From contig MCFE01000026.1 of NCBI GenBank assembly GCA_002104905.1, forward strand, positions 62,001 through 126,000: a DNA stretch of 64,000 nucleotides. Direction: 5' to 3'. Source of the stretch: Basidiobolus meristosporus CBS 931.73. Lineage: Eukaryota > Fungi > Basidiobolomycota. Below the pieces are notes generated by a model. That model did no database searches. It saw nothing but the letters and a program-made list of their open reading frames with translations, and was not told the DNA's origin. A program made the translations under genes and the position numbers. Of this stretch, positions 1-11,828 are shown piece by piece; within the stretch, counting starts at the first letter, position 1; each line of letters starts with the position of its first letter.

Positions 1-1377
1 GGTTTGTTGCGTCACCTCCAACCCTTTCCATACCAATTAATCTGAATCTTTGTTCTGCAGCAACGTGCTTGGATTCACGCTTATCATCATGTTCAGATGA
101 AGTTACGGAGGACGCCAACCTTAAACCAGGATAAACGCAAGAACAAGCTGGTTGATCTTAAAGACCAGCTTCAAGACCAGTTCCAGAAATATTACTCCAA
201 GATCATCAACAAGCCTTCGTATACTTATGGCGGGAGTCGCAGCGACTTCGCTAGGTAGGCCCCACTGCAAGCCAAATCCTAAGCTAGGTTCTAATGACAT
301 TTCTGCATGCCAGGTTGGCCCGTCGACTGTGCGGCAAATCTGTTGGTCTGGTCCTTGGAGGAGGCGGTGCCAAAGGAATTGCCCATATAGGCTTGATCCG
401 TGCTCTAGAGGAGGCTGGTATACCGGTAGATATGGTTGGCGGCACTAGCATTGGCGCGTTCATCGGTGGACTGTATGCCCGCGACCCCGACACCGTATCC
501 ATCTATGGACGCGCTAAAATGTTTTCTGGCCGCATGTCTAGCTACTGGAGGCTTGCACTAGACTTCACCTATCCTGCAGCCGCGTGGTTTACAGGTACCT
601 GGATTTGTGGCTTGGCTCTCCTTTGTGATGTCTACTAATGCGCTGGCTCCTACAGGTCACGAATTTAACCGTGGGATTTGGAAATGCTTTTCGGACACCC
701 AAATTGAGGACCTGTGGCTTCCATATTTCTGTGTGACCACCAACATCACTCTTTCTCGAATAGAAACCCATCGGATGGGCTATCTCTGGCGTTATGTGAG
801 AGCGTCCATGTCACTCTCCGGATTTCTCCCACCATTGTGCGACAATGGAAACATGCTGGTAGACGGTGGATACATGGACAACCTACCGGTAAGCATTCTT
901 GAGATATCCTTCAACTCACCTTCACAGACTTACCCCGCTGATTAGGTCAGCTACATGAAATCAATGGGCGCGGAGAAAATCTTTGCTTTCGACGTAGCAG
1001 CCGAGGATGACAACTCCCCAGCCACCTACGGTGACTCGCTCTCTGGATGGCGTGTCCTATTGCACCAGCTCAACCCGTTCAGTCGACAACGCATCCCAAC
1101 CCTAACCGAGATCCAGTCGAGACTGGCTTATGTGTCCTGTGTGCGGACGCTAGAGGAGGCCAAGAACATCGAAGGGTGCATGTACTCCAAGGTTCCGGTC
1201 CAGCAATTCGGAGTGCTGGAGTTCAATCGTTTCGAGGAGATCTATCAGATCGGCTACGAGCACGGTAAAGAAACACTGCGCAAATGGCAAGAACAGGGGC
1301 TGCTTGACCACTGGCTCAAACCCAAATCCGGCACCGAGAAGCAGTCGCGGAAGAATGGCCGACGCAACTCCATCTAG
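1..1377 (+). CDS. NTE1: Lysophospholipase NTE1 / neuropathy target esterase (patatin domain), 3' part; gene starts upstream of window
   Basis: Spliced frame gives [13 protein letters not shown]...[25 protein letters not shown] (GGGxxG), GTSIG (GxSxG nucleophile), [11 protein letters not shown] (DGG motif). GT-AG introns ending at 60, 255-313, 595-655, 889-945; stop at 1375-1377. Confidence 0.95.
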
Positions 1378-1564
1378 CGCTCGGTGGTAGATTAGAATTT
1401 TGTGTAATCATAGACTAGTGGTGATTAGGAAGGAATTCAATAAATCTCGCCTCGTCTCGAGTCGATGGGGATGACTTGGCCTGATTGGAAAATTTCATCC
1501 AGGTGGTTATAAAAAAAGTCTATCGTCACCTTGTATCACTTCAATCCCTCAAGTAGAATAATAG

Positions 1565-2191
1565 ATGGGCCCTTTAGAAAAGCTCACCCGAACCACCCTC
1601 GACAAGGTAAACTGCCACCTCCCCCCGGCCCCTCGAGACATATTAACCCCCAAGGTTCTAGACGATATTCATCGCCGTATTCGTTGCCACCATATCGCTT
1701 CTATGCCTACCGTTCATCCAAACCGTGTACGCCGGGGCTGGCGGCCTATGTTGCGCACTCACTGGTACACCTTGATATGCATATGTTTCCGAAAGTGGAA
1801 GGGAGGTTTCTGAAACGAGTTGCCTTCTGTAGCCAAGGCGTTGAAACGGATCATTCGACAGCCACGACCCGCCTCCCCCAACGTGAGATCCGGCTACGGG
1901 ATGCCCTCTAGCCATTCGCAAAACACCGCCTTTTTCACGAGCTACTTCAACCTCTACCTGGCGAGGCAAACGCCGACCGTGGCTAGGACGGGGATACTTC
2001 TCCTGGCGAACGGCTTTTTGTTGCTCATCTTATGGTCCAGGGTGAACTTTAAACACCACACCTGGGAGCAAGTGCTCGTCGGGCTGTCGGTGGGGGTTTT
2101 CATGGGATTCGGCTGGTTTACGCTGTGGTCCCGGTGGGTCTCAGCCCACTTACAAGGGATTCGGTATTTAGTGGATTATGGGCTAGTTTAA
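1565..2191 (+). CDS. Dolichyl pyrophosphate phosphatase (PAP2 family, CAX4/CWH8/DOLPP1-like)
   Basis: Introns 1607-1661 and 1765-1832 join MGPLEK...TIFIAVFVATISLL (hydrophobic) to KALKRIIRQPRP, YGMPSSHSQ and SRVNFKHHTWEQV, the three PAP2 catalytic motifs as in DOLPP1. Confidence 0.88.
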
Positions 2192-2275
2192 ATCACCATC
2201 ATCACCATCATCATCATGTTCCCTACGCTACATGGAAAAATCAATAAATCTATGAATTTATTCCTCGTTGAACGT

Positions 2276-4269
2276 TCAATCCGAATCGAATACAATTTTG
2301 GTGTTTTTGACCGTGGCAAGTGCAGCCTGAGCCTCCTTTTGGCGTCGCTTGGCTTCCCAGGAAGGATGCAAGGTTGCAGATTTGGGGGCAGCACCTTGAT
2401 TGTTGCTGTTGCTGTTGCTGTTGCTGTTACCACCAGCGTCCTCGTCGAATGTGATTTTGGTGCCCTGGAACGGTCTGGCTGCGGCGTTCTTCTGATGCCG
2501 TTTGGCTTCCCAGGAAGGATGAAGCTTCTCGGCTGCTCCTCTCTTCGGCTTTCTGTCGGCATCCCCGTATGTTTGTTGATCACGCCACTTGGCCTCTTGG
2601 GCCGCCTGCTTCTCGGCAGCAAGTTGAGCCTTGATGTGATTGGCGTTATTCCCATGGATCCTCTCCCACATCCTGGACAATCCTTGGTTAATGTCGCACT
2701 CGACTGGTTGATTCTTGGGAACTTACATCTTTCGGGCTCTCTGCCCTGGTCGATTTTTCTTGACCTTTCCGTAGATTTTGTCGAACGCCTCGTCTTCATA
2801 GTCTTCGGGATCGCTGCTCTGGTAACCACCCAGAGAATCCATGAAGACGGATGTATTGGGCACCGCATCTGGATCGGTTTTCTAGTGTGGAAGGGTGAGT
2901 GGAGATCTTTTCAAACCACGTCAACTGGATGGATTCGCCCGTACCTGCTTTTTGACTTTCTTACGGTCCTTCTGTGTTTGTGTTTTGGGGGTTTTCCCTT
3001 TGCTGGTCTTCGCCTTTGGAAGCGTCACCACCTCTTCCTCCTCGCCGTTGTCGTCGCCCTCTTCTTCTTCGTCTGACTCCATTTCAGAGGCTCCCCGCTT
3101 GTACTCTTGTTCAAGCCTCTGTAGCTCAGCTTCGATTTCCGAATCGGCATCAATCTCACTCTCCTCGTTCTCTGATTCTACAGAGCTATCCTCTTGCTTT
3201 ATCAGCTGATGATGGCGGAACAGCTAGGGTATTGGTATTCCTTGTGGCGTTTCCTTTAGTCCCCTTGGGTTTGGGTAGAACACGTTCAGTGTTTTCTTCA
3301 GGCGCGATGATGTTCAACAAATCTCCAACGCAAATCGCCTGTATATCCTTTAATGGCTTGGAGCCGAAGATTCGTGACTCTACATTGGATCTTAATTTGG
3401 CTGCTTCGGGCTCCTCGTTCTCCACGCAGGTTCCTTTTGGCTCGGCTAAGGATGTGAAGGCCTCGTGGTTTCGTAAGGTGTTGTTTTTCTTGATGGCCTT
3501 GTAGAAGGCAAGATCGCACAGTTGGTCCGTTTGGATGGACTGGCTCGAAAAAAAGTTGGAATGATCACTAAACCGGTCGTATATTGCGGTTCATAGTGGA
3601 AAACACTACCTTGGTCATCTCCAGCTCACGCTCCAGTCGCTTAATGGTGGCCTCCAGGGTAGCGGCATCCTCTTTGGCATCTCCCTTGCTGGATTCAACG
3701 AGGATGAGTTCGGGGCATTCCGAGTCCAACACAATCCATAAAACCAACTTACGTTAGTCCATTTCTAGCCGATTTGATACGCTTCACGATCTTTTGCGTC
3801 TCAAATGTTTTGGCTCGCTTCAAGCTCTTCCGTATCTCCTTTTTCAGATGGAACTAGATGTGGTGACAAGAACAGCCATGGTAAGAACAACCAGACTCAG
3901 TCGTGCTTAGTCAACTCCGAAAACATGCTTACAGTTTTCCGGGAGATTTTCTCTGCCTTTAGTCGGTTGAGCTCTTTTTCGGCCGCCTCTCTATCGACCT
4001 CACCTTTACTTCTCGCCGCGGCTTTGGCAATCTCGATGCTAGGATCTAACCCCGCCTATTGAAAACGTCCGAAACCACTTAACCCTTGCTATCGAACGTG
4101 GTTGGGAAGGGGCCCGACGACCTACCTGTGCTTCCAACACGCCAATCTTCCAATTAAGGTTTTTCCCCGCTTTATGTGGTTTGTAAGACTGAGTGAAACC
4201 CCGAGAATGGGTGGGTGAGAAAGAAGAAAGGTGTTTAGCTGCACTTTGAGGGGCAATTACCTTTGACAT
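2276..4269 (-). CDS. BUD22: BUD22/SRFBP1-family ribosome biogenesis protein, multi-exon; start codon tentative
   Basis: After splicing: KNRPGQRARKMMWERIHG, LHPSWEAK and KITFD C-terminal hallmarks; acidic low-complexity middle; N-terminal NLNWKIGVLEAQ. Candidate ATG at 4269 followed by a GT donor. Confidence 0.85.
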
Positions 4270-4579
4270 TATACTATTGAAGGAGTCTACTAAATTATCA
4301 AAAACTGCTATCACTAAAGTCTCGTGGTTCGGCTAGTGTCGTGTCAACCGTTCGTCTATCCACTCGAAAATATGTACCGTGGGGCGTGTTCTATGTAGAG
4401 AACGACTGAACTCACTTCTGCACAAATGGTCAATGGAAATCGAATGATTCATTCCACGGTTGAATTCTTTTTTTTCTATCGAATGGTCAAAAAAATTCCA
4501 TGGTGGAAATGGCCGGCAACTGAATTGAATGGTGAATATGGATTCTCGATATTTTATTAATGCTCGCCTCTGCACATAC

Positions 4580-4587
4580 GAGATGAG
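4580..4587. promoter_or_regulatory. PAC-like motif GAGATGAG upstream of BUD22
   Basis: Matches G[AC]GATGAG about 310 bp upstream of a ribosome-biogenesis gene; a single 8-mer could be chance. Confidence 0.3.
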
Positions 4588-4669
4588 TGGAAGGGTTAGA
4601 ACTTGTTGGCGAGTGGATCAGATGGGTTGTTGGGCGTTTACCTTGAATACCCCACGTCCCAAGGATTGA

Positions 4670-5587
4670 CTAAGCCTTGATCACGTTGTTCACCTCGCCA
4701 TTGCCTAACCAGTCCTTGCTGACATCCTCCAGATGCTCGTCGAAATCGCTAATCAACAGGTGCGACCTTTGTCCGATAAGTTGTGCGGTTTTCTGTACGA
4801 TCTCTGGGGCTTCTAGTTTGAAGGATATCGGTCCATCGCCGCCATCAAGTCCAGATTTGACATGGCGCCATTGCTTCTCTTGGTAAGTGTAAGACTGTGC
4901 AGATGGGCAAATGATTTGGTTAGAACGTTGCGTTTGAGTGGTGTGCCGCTATCACGTAGCATATGCTATAATCCCGCTTGAAGCAACCGTTTTCGCGAGT
5001 GTACTTACAGAGAGAGCAACTTGGGGAGTGGCAATAGATAGCTTGGTGTTATCCACCTGGAAATGCAAATATTAGCCCGTGTTGGATAAAGGAAAGAGTT
5101 TCTTGATATAGCCTAGGGCCACAACAACGGTATGTGTTGTCGAGGGCGCAGGATCTTGAAGCCGTATCAACACTCACCATAAGAACTACGGCATCCTTCT
5201 CAAATTCTACAATCTTGTTGGCAATCTTATTACCAACAGGTCCTAGCTCCTTGTCCTGACCGGAATTGGCTTGATAATAGCCAAGGATTGCGGTTCCGTT
5301 CTGCTCAGAGTAAATTTCAATCTTTCAAAATTGGTCAATCAAGGCTGTGTGCGGAACAAGAGATCCAGGAGGACGCAAGGTTTTACTAAAGGTACCTGTC
5401 TTAGAGCGACCTCAAGCATGGGCTCAAGATTGGTCCACTGATGAAACAGCGGCACCACATCAACAAGAGTATACCCGGAACCCGACTTCTTTCCGAGGAT
5501 CACTCCGTTGACTAGCTGGTGTGGATATCTCGCGGCATGAAATATGATTTTCGAGTAAACCGCTGAGGCTACGTTGTAAGTTGGCAT
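4670..5587 (-). CDS. ER membrane protein complex subunit 8/9 (UPF0172, MPN-like)
   Basis: MPTYNVASAVYSKIIFHAARYPHQLVNGVILG...DVVPLFHQWTNLEPMLEVAL at the N-terminus; ISDFDEHLEDVSKDWLGN near stop TAG (4670-4672); several short introns. Confidence 0.92.
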
Positions 5588-5867
5588 CCTTGGTGGTTGT
5601 GTTCGCCGAAATAAGCAGGAAATTGCTTCAGCGTGAGGTGCGGTCCTGGTGGTTATCAAAATGATCGAGCTTTGGGATAGCCAATTGTTGCGATTGGTGG
5701 TCTAGGTTGATCAATGCTCATTGGATGGTGTGGAAATTATGGTAGGTTTAATTGTTACTCGTCTGAGCTTTGTACATGCGTTAAAAGGAAGATATCTAAA
5801 GTAGTGTACAGGGACGGACAATCAAGTGAAATATACAACAAAATTATGGGGAAATGGACAGTGATGC

Positions 5868-6500
5868 TTATTGATCATGGTATCTAACTGGCGCTCTTTT
5901 GGCCATCATTGGGGGCCCTGGCTTGTTGCTTGCCTCAAGACCCCAATCATACAAGCTCATATTCGGCTGTTCGGAAAACAGCATCACGTCTCTACAGAAA
6001 GCCACATTAGCAAGCGTAGTTGTTGGAAGCCTATATGAGTGCTTACTCTCCGATACGCTTAAGTTTTCCAAACTTGGTAAGCGCCAGTTGCAAAGAACCC
6101 TTGTATACTTTGGCTTCGCTAGAATCGTAAAACCCGGTTCAGCATCACATCGGTACTAAGAAAATTCGCCATCCTGAATGCGCCTTACCCTCCCTGCAAT
6201 CTTAGGATGTCTCCGCTTTTGATCATCCTACCCATGTCCCCCCATATTGACAATACGATGCTACCGGTTCGATCAGCAACTAGGAACGAGTAGATGACAT
6301 GTTTGTCTCGGGTAACTTGCGGCTGTGTGGCTATGGTACGGATGCGATTAATGTTGAAAACATGGCTGACAAATGTTCGGAATCAACCTACCTACTTCCA
6401 GAACTATACATTCCAGATCAAATCCTTTCAGCATTGGGCGAAGTTCTCCGATGGTTGTTAAACGAGGTATTCCAGGGATCGACCCGTTCAATGATGTCAT
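5868..6500 (-). CDS. SOSS complex subunit B (hSSB1/NABP-like OB-fold ssDNA-binding protein), 4 exons
   Basis: Three GT-AG introns (first 6331-6391) give MTSLNGSIPGIPRLTTIGELRPMLKGFDLECIVLEVATQPQVTRDKHVIYSFLVADRTGSIVLSIWGDMGRMIKSGDILRLQGGEAKVYKGSLQLALTKFGKLKRIGEDVMLFSEQPNMS, colinear with hSSB1 as I recall it (VADKTGSINISVWDDVG...GDIIRL...KIGEFCMVYSEVPNFS). Confidence 0.9.
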
Positions 6501-6853
6501 ATGATTTATCTAATTAATTATAATTACAATCTTTGGTTTCCAGCGGGGAAAGTTCCCAACCTTTATATGAGATTTGCTTCCGTGTATGCTTATGGGTTCT
6601 GTTTGATTCCCTGCCTTACGGGCGGAATATTTCTCCCATGCGTGCATACGATGTGCAGAGATCTCTAACAAGGTGGGTCGCATCATTTATTGGTCAGGGC
6701 GTTGGATCGACACCACTGGTCAATATAGTTGAGGGTAATCGGTGGTTGTAGCATAGGAAGAAGATTGTTCAACTTCTAGCGAAGCTTGTGTCGCAGGAAT
6801 TGAATCTCTATGCCCTTAGCAAACTTATAATTAGCTCTTCCTGATAAATCCAC

Positions 6854-7957
6854 ATGCTTAGCTGGTCTGTCATCCAGTTTGTATTTTTCCTCACTTTTCC
6901 CTGGCTTCTTGGAAAAGTTCTAGCCCTCTTTCGCTCAAAGGAGGGTCCAGCAACACCCAAGCGCCCCTTAACAAGAGCCGAGTCCTTAGTATATTACTTT
7001 GTGCTTATCATTGCTGCGTATCAGCTGTTCCTCAGCTACTACGCCTATTCCACCAGCAGCAACATCTTCCGGACCCTTGACATCTCCACCACAGTACCCA
7101 ACTATCAGCTACGCAATCGGTTTCGAGAGTATGCCGTCAATCGAGCGGCTCAAGATCCCACATTCAACCTCAACCCCAACTTCAAACTGACCGATTATAA
7201 GACCCGATTCATCCTTGCCTCAGACCCCAGTTCGTTCAATCGTATGTCTGGCCTGGTGGAGTTGTTGTACTCCACCGAGAACCGCCAGATCTACAACGAG
7301 TTTGGCGAGTTCGCCTTTTGGAACTGCGTATGGTGCCAGGATACATACGACTACTTCCTCTTTATTCTGCCGGAGCTTTTGGGAAGCTACGCCTTCGTGG
7401 CAGCCATCTTGGGAGTGGCCACTCTCTTCAAGCGAAAGGAGCACTGGAGGACGTATGGAACCATTTTCCTACTTGGCCTTGGTGTGTTGGAGACCATGAT
7501 ATTCCTCAGCGGGGAGCATGATAGAAACGAATTTCTTTCCTACAAGATAGAGCATCTGTACGAGACGATGGAAATTGTTCGTAGAGGGATGTTTGCCGTC
7601 TTCTTGGTGGCGGTATACATAATTGATCAGACCGAGGACACCACCCCTAGAGTTCTGCTCGAGCGTATTCTAGAGAAGGAGGAGACCATGTTCAACCAAA
7701 CCCAAGCCCTGAAGTTACAGCGAACCGCCGTGTTGAGAGATTCGCATTTAAGGAAGATCTTCACCGACTATTACAAGAACGAGGAACTAACCATGGAGGC
7801 CATCCAGAAAGATCCCGAATACAAGGAGGCGTATAACAAGGCGCTGATGAAGTATGACCTTGAGAGGCTGCTCAAGGACTCCGAATCCATGGTGGATAGG
7901 ATTGTGGCCGACGCAACCATGTCCCCCACCAGTCAGAGCGACAAAAAGAATGCTTGA
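6854..7957 (+). CDS. Uncharacterised 367-aa multi-pass membrane protein with a J-domain-like segment lacking HPD and a C-terminal coiled coil
   Basis: Single long ORF; several hydrophobic segments; NIFRTLDI...YSTENRQIYNEFG resembles J-domain helices I and IV; CVWC motif. Confidence 0.8.
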   Translation: MLSWSVIQFVFFLTFPWLLGKVLALFRSKEGPATPKRPLTRAESLVYYFVLIIAAYQLFLSYYAYSTSSNIFRTLDISTTVPNYQLRNRFREYAVNRAAQDPTFNLNPNFKLTDYKTRFILASDPSSFNRMSGLVELLYSTENRQIYNEFGEFAFWNCVWCQDTYDYFLFILPELLGSYAFVAAILGVATLFKRKEHWRTYGTIFLLGLGVLETMIFLSGEHDRNEFLSYKIEHLYETMEIVRRGMFAVFLVAVYIIDQTEDTTPRVLLERILEKEETMFNQTQALKLQRTAVLRDSHLRKIFTDYYKNEELTMEAIQKDPEYKEAYNKALMKYDLERLLKDSESMVDRIVADATMSPTSQSDKKNA

Positions 7958-8431
7958 TCCAGCCACATCAACACCAGACCCCATACCTTCAGTTGTATAT
8001 CATCAGTAGAACAAGTATGAATCCCTCAATAAACCCCACTGGAATTTTTCTAAGCGAGTTGGCCAAGATGTGTCCATGTCCACTCCACCCTTCGCGATCC
8101 AGGCACAAATTGCCAATCAGTTTGAACCATCATCGCCATTGGGTGCTAGGATGGATGATGATGATGATGGACACATGCTTTTGATCCTTATGGTGGGTGA
8201 ATTTATGACCATGTGTCAACGGACCACAAACATTTGGTTACTGGTACGGATTGAGGATTGAGGATTGAGGATGAATGTTAGATCAAATGTTCAAGAGTAG
8301 GTGCGAGTGGGTGGATACATACAACACACTTTTTCTTACGAATAGTATCCCATCCATCAGCCAAAGGTTCTCTACGCGTTGACTGCATCCCCCCTGTCCC
8401 CCTGTTCAACCAAACGAGTCTGCCCCATCCC

Positions 8432-9570
8432 ATGGCGTCCAAGGTATCTTCGCAATGCACACGCCCCCTCTTTTCAAAGATCCCTTCCTAATGCTTGCTT
8501 CATGCCCGTCCATAGTCCAAACACTCCCAAGCTTCCAGGGTTGAGGAATCACTGGATGGTATGTGCTTATTCGTTGGTTTACCTTGATGCCCCCCCCCTC
8601 TGACCATCAGCTCCAGAAGCGAAATATAGAAAGAAGTACCAAGAATTAAAAAGAAAGGTCCGTGAAATCGAGAAGGTATAAGCATTCTTTAGAGACATCA
8701 GCCCACCCCCCCCAAAAAAAACATGCATGTTGACGCCGGTTACTTGTCTATCTTCATGTTCATCTGCGGCTAGTTCAACGAGGAACTGGTGATCAAGATA
8801 TGTAGAGTCAAGAAGAACGTGCGTCGGACAAAGATCGAGCGAAAGTAAGGCTGTTTACTTCTTGGTGAAACTTGAGAACCCGATTGACCTGGAGTCTTCT
8901 TCTCTATTCAGTCTTCTATTCGATAGATTGGAGCACGTCAAAGGGGAAAGTGATCACGAATCCGACGCAGAAACCGGCGAGGTTGGTCGGCTGTATACAA
9001 TCGCTAGCTGTTGCGCGTCCGACTAACCCCATCCCCATCCTATTCGTAGTCTGAGATAGAACACGTCGACAAGCCGGCACCGAAAAAGGTGGAGAAAGAC
9101 CCAAACGCCCCGAAACGCCCATCAAATGCCTTCTTCATATTCTGCCAATTGGAGAGATCCAAGCTCAAGGAGATACACCAAGATGCATCCCTCAGCGAGC
9201 TGACCAAGATGCTTGGGCAGCGTTGGAAGGTGATGACCATGGAGGAAAAGAAGGTATCCATATGTTGCCAGCAGACATGGTTGAGCATCGGCTAACTTAC
9301 CTCGTGTGTCTGTAGAAATACTACGATATATCAGCGAAAGACAAGGTGCGATACGAGCGCGAGATGTGTACGTACAACGGAACCGTGTATCAACCCTCTG
9401 CAGATACCAAGGAGACGCTCGAGAGCCCGATCCCAGCCATACCCACACATTCCTCCGAAGGGATCACGAGTGGTGCGGTTTCGGCTACGGAAGAGGCCAC
9501 TGAGCTCGAAACGATGGACTCTAGGGTAGAGAGCGAATCCAACGTGACGATGTCGGACCATGACGCGTAG
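8432..9570 (+). CDS. NHP10: NHP10-like HMG-box protein (INO80 complex)
   Basis: Spliced: MASKSKH...EAKYRKKYQELKRKVREIEKFNEEL...RRTKIERNLLFDRL (INO80E-like coiled coil), then KDPNAPKRPSNAFFIFCQ...LTKMLGQRWK...YERE (HMG box). Confidence 0.8.
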
Positions 9571-9693
9571 CAGCCATCTCTTCCCGCCCTGGATGTGTAC
9601 ATAGACCCAGCAGTCTCTTTCCTACATGCGTATGCGTATGCATATGCATAAAATAAATCACCTTCTAAGCAATCTTGATTCGAAAAAAGGAAC

Positions 9694-9749
9694 AAAATTT
9701 TTCATCAACCCGAGAATCTCAAAATTTTTATTGGGAAAATTTTCTCGGG
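9694..9749. promoter_or_regulatory. RRPE-like element cluster plus 8-bp inverted repeat upstream of RPS1
   Basis: AAAATTTTTCA (reverse complement TGAAAAATTTT) at 9694-9704, further AAAATTTT at 9721 and 9736; CCCGAGAA (9709-9716) and TTCTCGGG (9742-9749). Confidence 0.45.
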
Positions 9750-9825
9750 ATCCTTTAATAGGTTTCTTCTTGGTTCATTTCCACTCCTTTTGCGTTTGCC
9801 GTAGACCTGTGCAGACTAGTTCAAG

Positions 9826-10727
9826 ATGGCTGTTGGAAAGAACAAGTTAGTGTTGTAGTCCGGTAGTCTCCCTGGCCCGAGCCACGTTCTCACCGCTCCC
9901 TTGCTTTATCTAGGCGCCTCTCTAAAGGAAAGAAGGGTTTGAAGAAGAAGATGTAAGTGAGCCGCATCGTTGGATCCATCCATCCATTTGTTCTCTAACA
10001 GTTCTTCCCCACCAGCGTCGATCCCTTCACCCGTAAGGACTGGTACGACATCAAGGCTCCTTCCCTTTTCGAGGTCCGTAACGTTGGCAAGACTCTTGTC
10101 AACCGTACCCAGGGTTTGAAGAATGCCACCGACTACTTGAAGGGCCGTGTCCTCGAGGTTTCCCTTGCTGATTTGAACAAGGACGAGGACCAATCTTTCC
10201 GTAAGATCCGTCTTAGAGTGGATGAGGTCCAAGGAAAGAACTGCCTCACCAACTTCCACGGCATGACCTTCACCTCCGACAAGTTGAGATCCCTTGTCAA
10301 GAAGTGGCAATCCCTCATCGAGGCTCACGTCGATGTCAAGACCACCGATGGCTACCTTCTTCGCCTCTTCTCTATCGGCTTCACCCGCCGTAGACCCAAC
10401 CAACTCAAGAAGACCACCTATGCCCAATCCGCTCAAATCCGCCAGATCCGCAAGAAGATGTTCGAGATCATGACCCGCGAGGCCAGCACCTGCGACTTGA
10501 AGTCATTGGTCCAGAAGTTCATCCCCGAGGTCATTGGCCGTGAAATCGAGAAGGCTTGCCAAGGAATCTATCCCCTTCAAAACGTCTACCTCCACAAGGT
10601 CAAGATCCTCAAGGCCCCCAAGTTCGACGTTGGCAAGTTGATGGAGCTCCACGGTGACGCCACCGAGGACTCCGGTGCCAAGATCGCCAAGGAATTCAAA
10701 GAGCCAGCTATCCTCACTGATATCTAA
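9826..10727 (+). CDS. RPS1: 40S ribosomal protein eS1 (S1/S3a)
   Basis: Introns 9846-9913 and 9953-10015; [35 protein letters not shown]...[11 protein letters not shown]...KILKAPKFD; strongly biased codons. Confidence 0.98.
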
Positions 10728-10875
10728 ACTGATGAACCCGCATCATTAAAATAAATGAACAATACACATGTACGCTTGTTGTTGCGATGGTGGTTTAGTT
10801 ACGTTTAATTAAAATAAATACGTCTTAATCAGCCAGGGTGATGGGTTCTGTAGGACTATGTGGTGTCGCGTTGGT

Positions 10876-11828
10876 CTATGTCTCCTTCCACGTGGTGGCG
10901 CTGAGAGGGTGGTTCAGTCGAAGCCCCAGCACACTTCGCACGTCCTCGACATGGCTCAGGGCGTTGAGGAACGCCAGCAGATCCAGCAACGCGGGGTCCT
11001 GGTCGTCGTCGTGGGTCCAGCTTCGGATGGGGATGGCGTTTTCCGGGTTGATTAGAAAGGAGAATTCCGAGTTGTCCAACAAGGCCACGTCCCGAAGATC
11101 GTACTCGATCTGGGTTAGGTCTTTGGTGTAGATGCCATTGTAGTAGGTGCAGTGCTGTTGAGGTGTCAATCAACCGTGTCTGTTGGGAAAGGTTGGGTCT
11201 GTGCTTACCTGGCGATAAAAGCGGCTTTTGATCACCGGCTCAATGGTGGGGTATCGAGCTCTCACGGAGTTCTCCAGCCAGTCAATGACCGGGTCAGCGT
11301 AGTCCGAGATGGAGGCAGTAAAAATGACTAGATCGTACCATTGGGCAACCTACAGTACGTCCAAGGGTTAGTTGTCTGGGTGGGTGAGCGTCCAGCCCAT
11401 CGGTATCTTACCGTTGCCAGGAAATCGAAGACGTGTGGCCGATCGTAAACATAGTAAATACAATCGGCATCTTCAAATGGGACATTGATTCTGAGTGGTG
11501 CTGGTGAGTCAGGGTCCTCCTGCAGCTTGCTGTGAATGAGGGTCTCATCCATATCCAATACCAAGGTTTTTCGCTTCTCTTTCTCCAACCTCATATAGCC
11601 ATTGTACTCCTGGTCTCTGGCCCACAACCCGCGGCATTGGTTCAAAATACACACCAGCGCATTGTCCAAGAGCTCGGTTGTGGGGAGCGACTGGATCAGC
11701 GAGGTCACGAGATTCAGGATATTCAGTGGGGATTTGCTACTTTCGGTTAACTTGGAATTATGAAGTAATCCTGCTTCTAGGGGAATAAGATTCATGGAAG
11801 GAGTGGCGTGGAGAGTATGTAAATCCAT
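10876..11828 (-). CDS. NEM1: NEM1/CTDNEP1-like HAD (FCP1/NIF) protein phosphatase
   Basis: KTLVLDMDETLIHS (DxDxT), WYDLVIFTASISDYADPVIDWL, FYRQ|HCT, LLDNS, NAIPIRSW, LLDLLAFLNALSHVEDVRSVL; two introns. 5' end uncertain. Confidence 0.85.

Noticed and set aside
2216-3504. Long plus-strand ORFs (286 aa, 176 aa) and the alternative minus ORF 2188-2868
   Set aside because: Shadow frames of the low-complexity BUD22 gene, with no independent motifs.
11540-11570. NEM1 DMDET instead of DLDET as a pseudo-phosphatase
   Set aside because: Both catalytic Asp residues and the Thr of DxDxT are intact; L>M is conservative.
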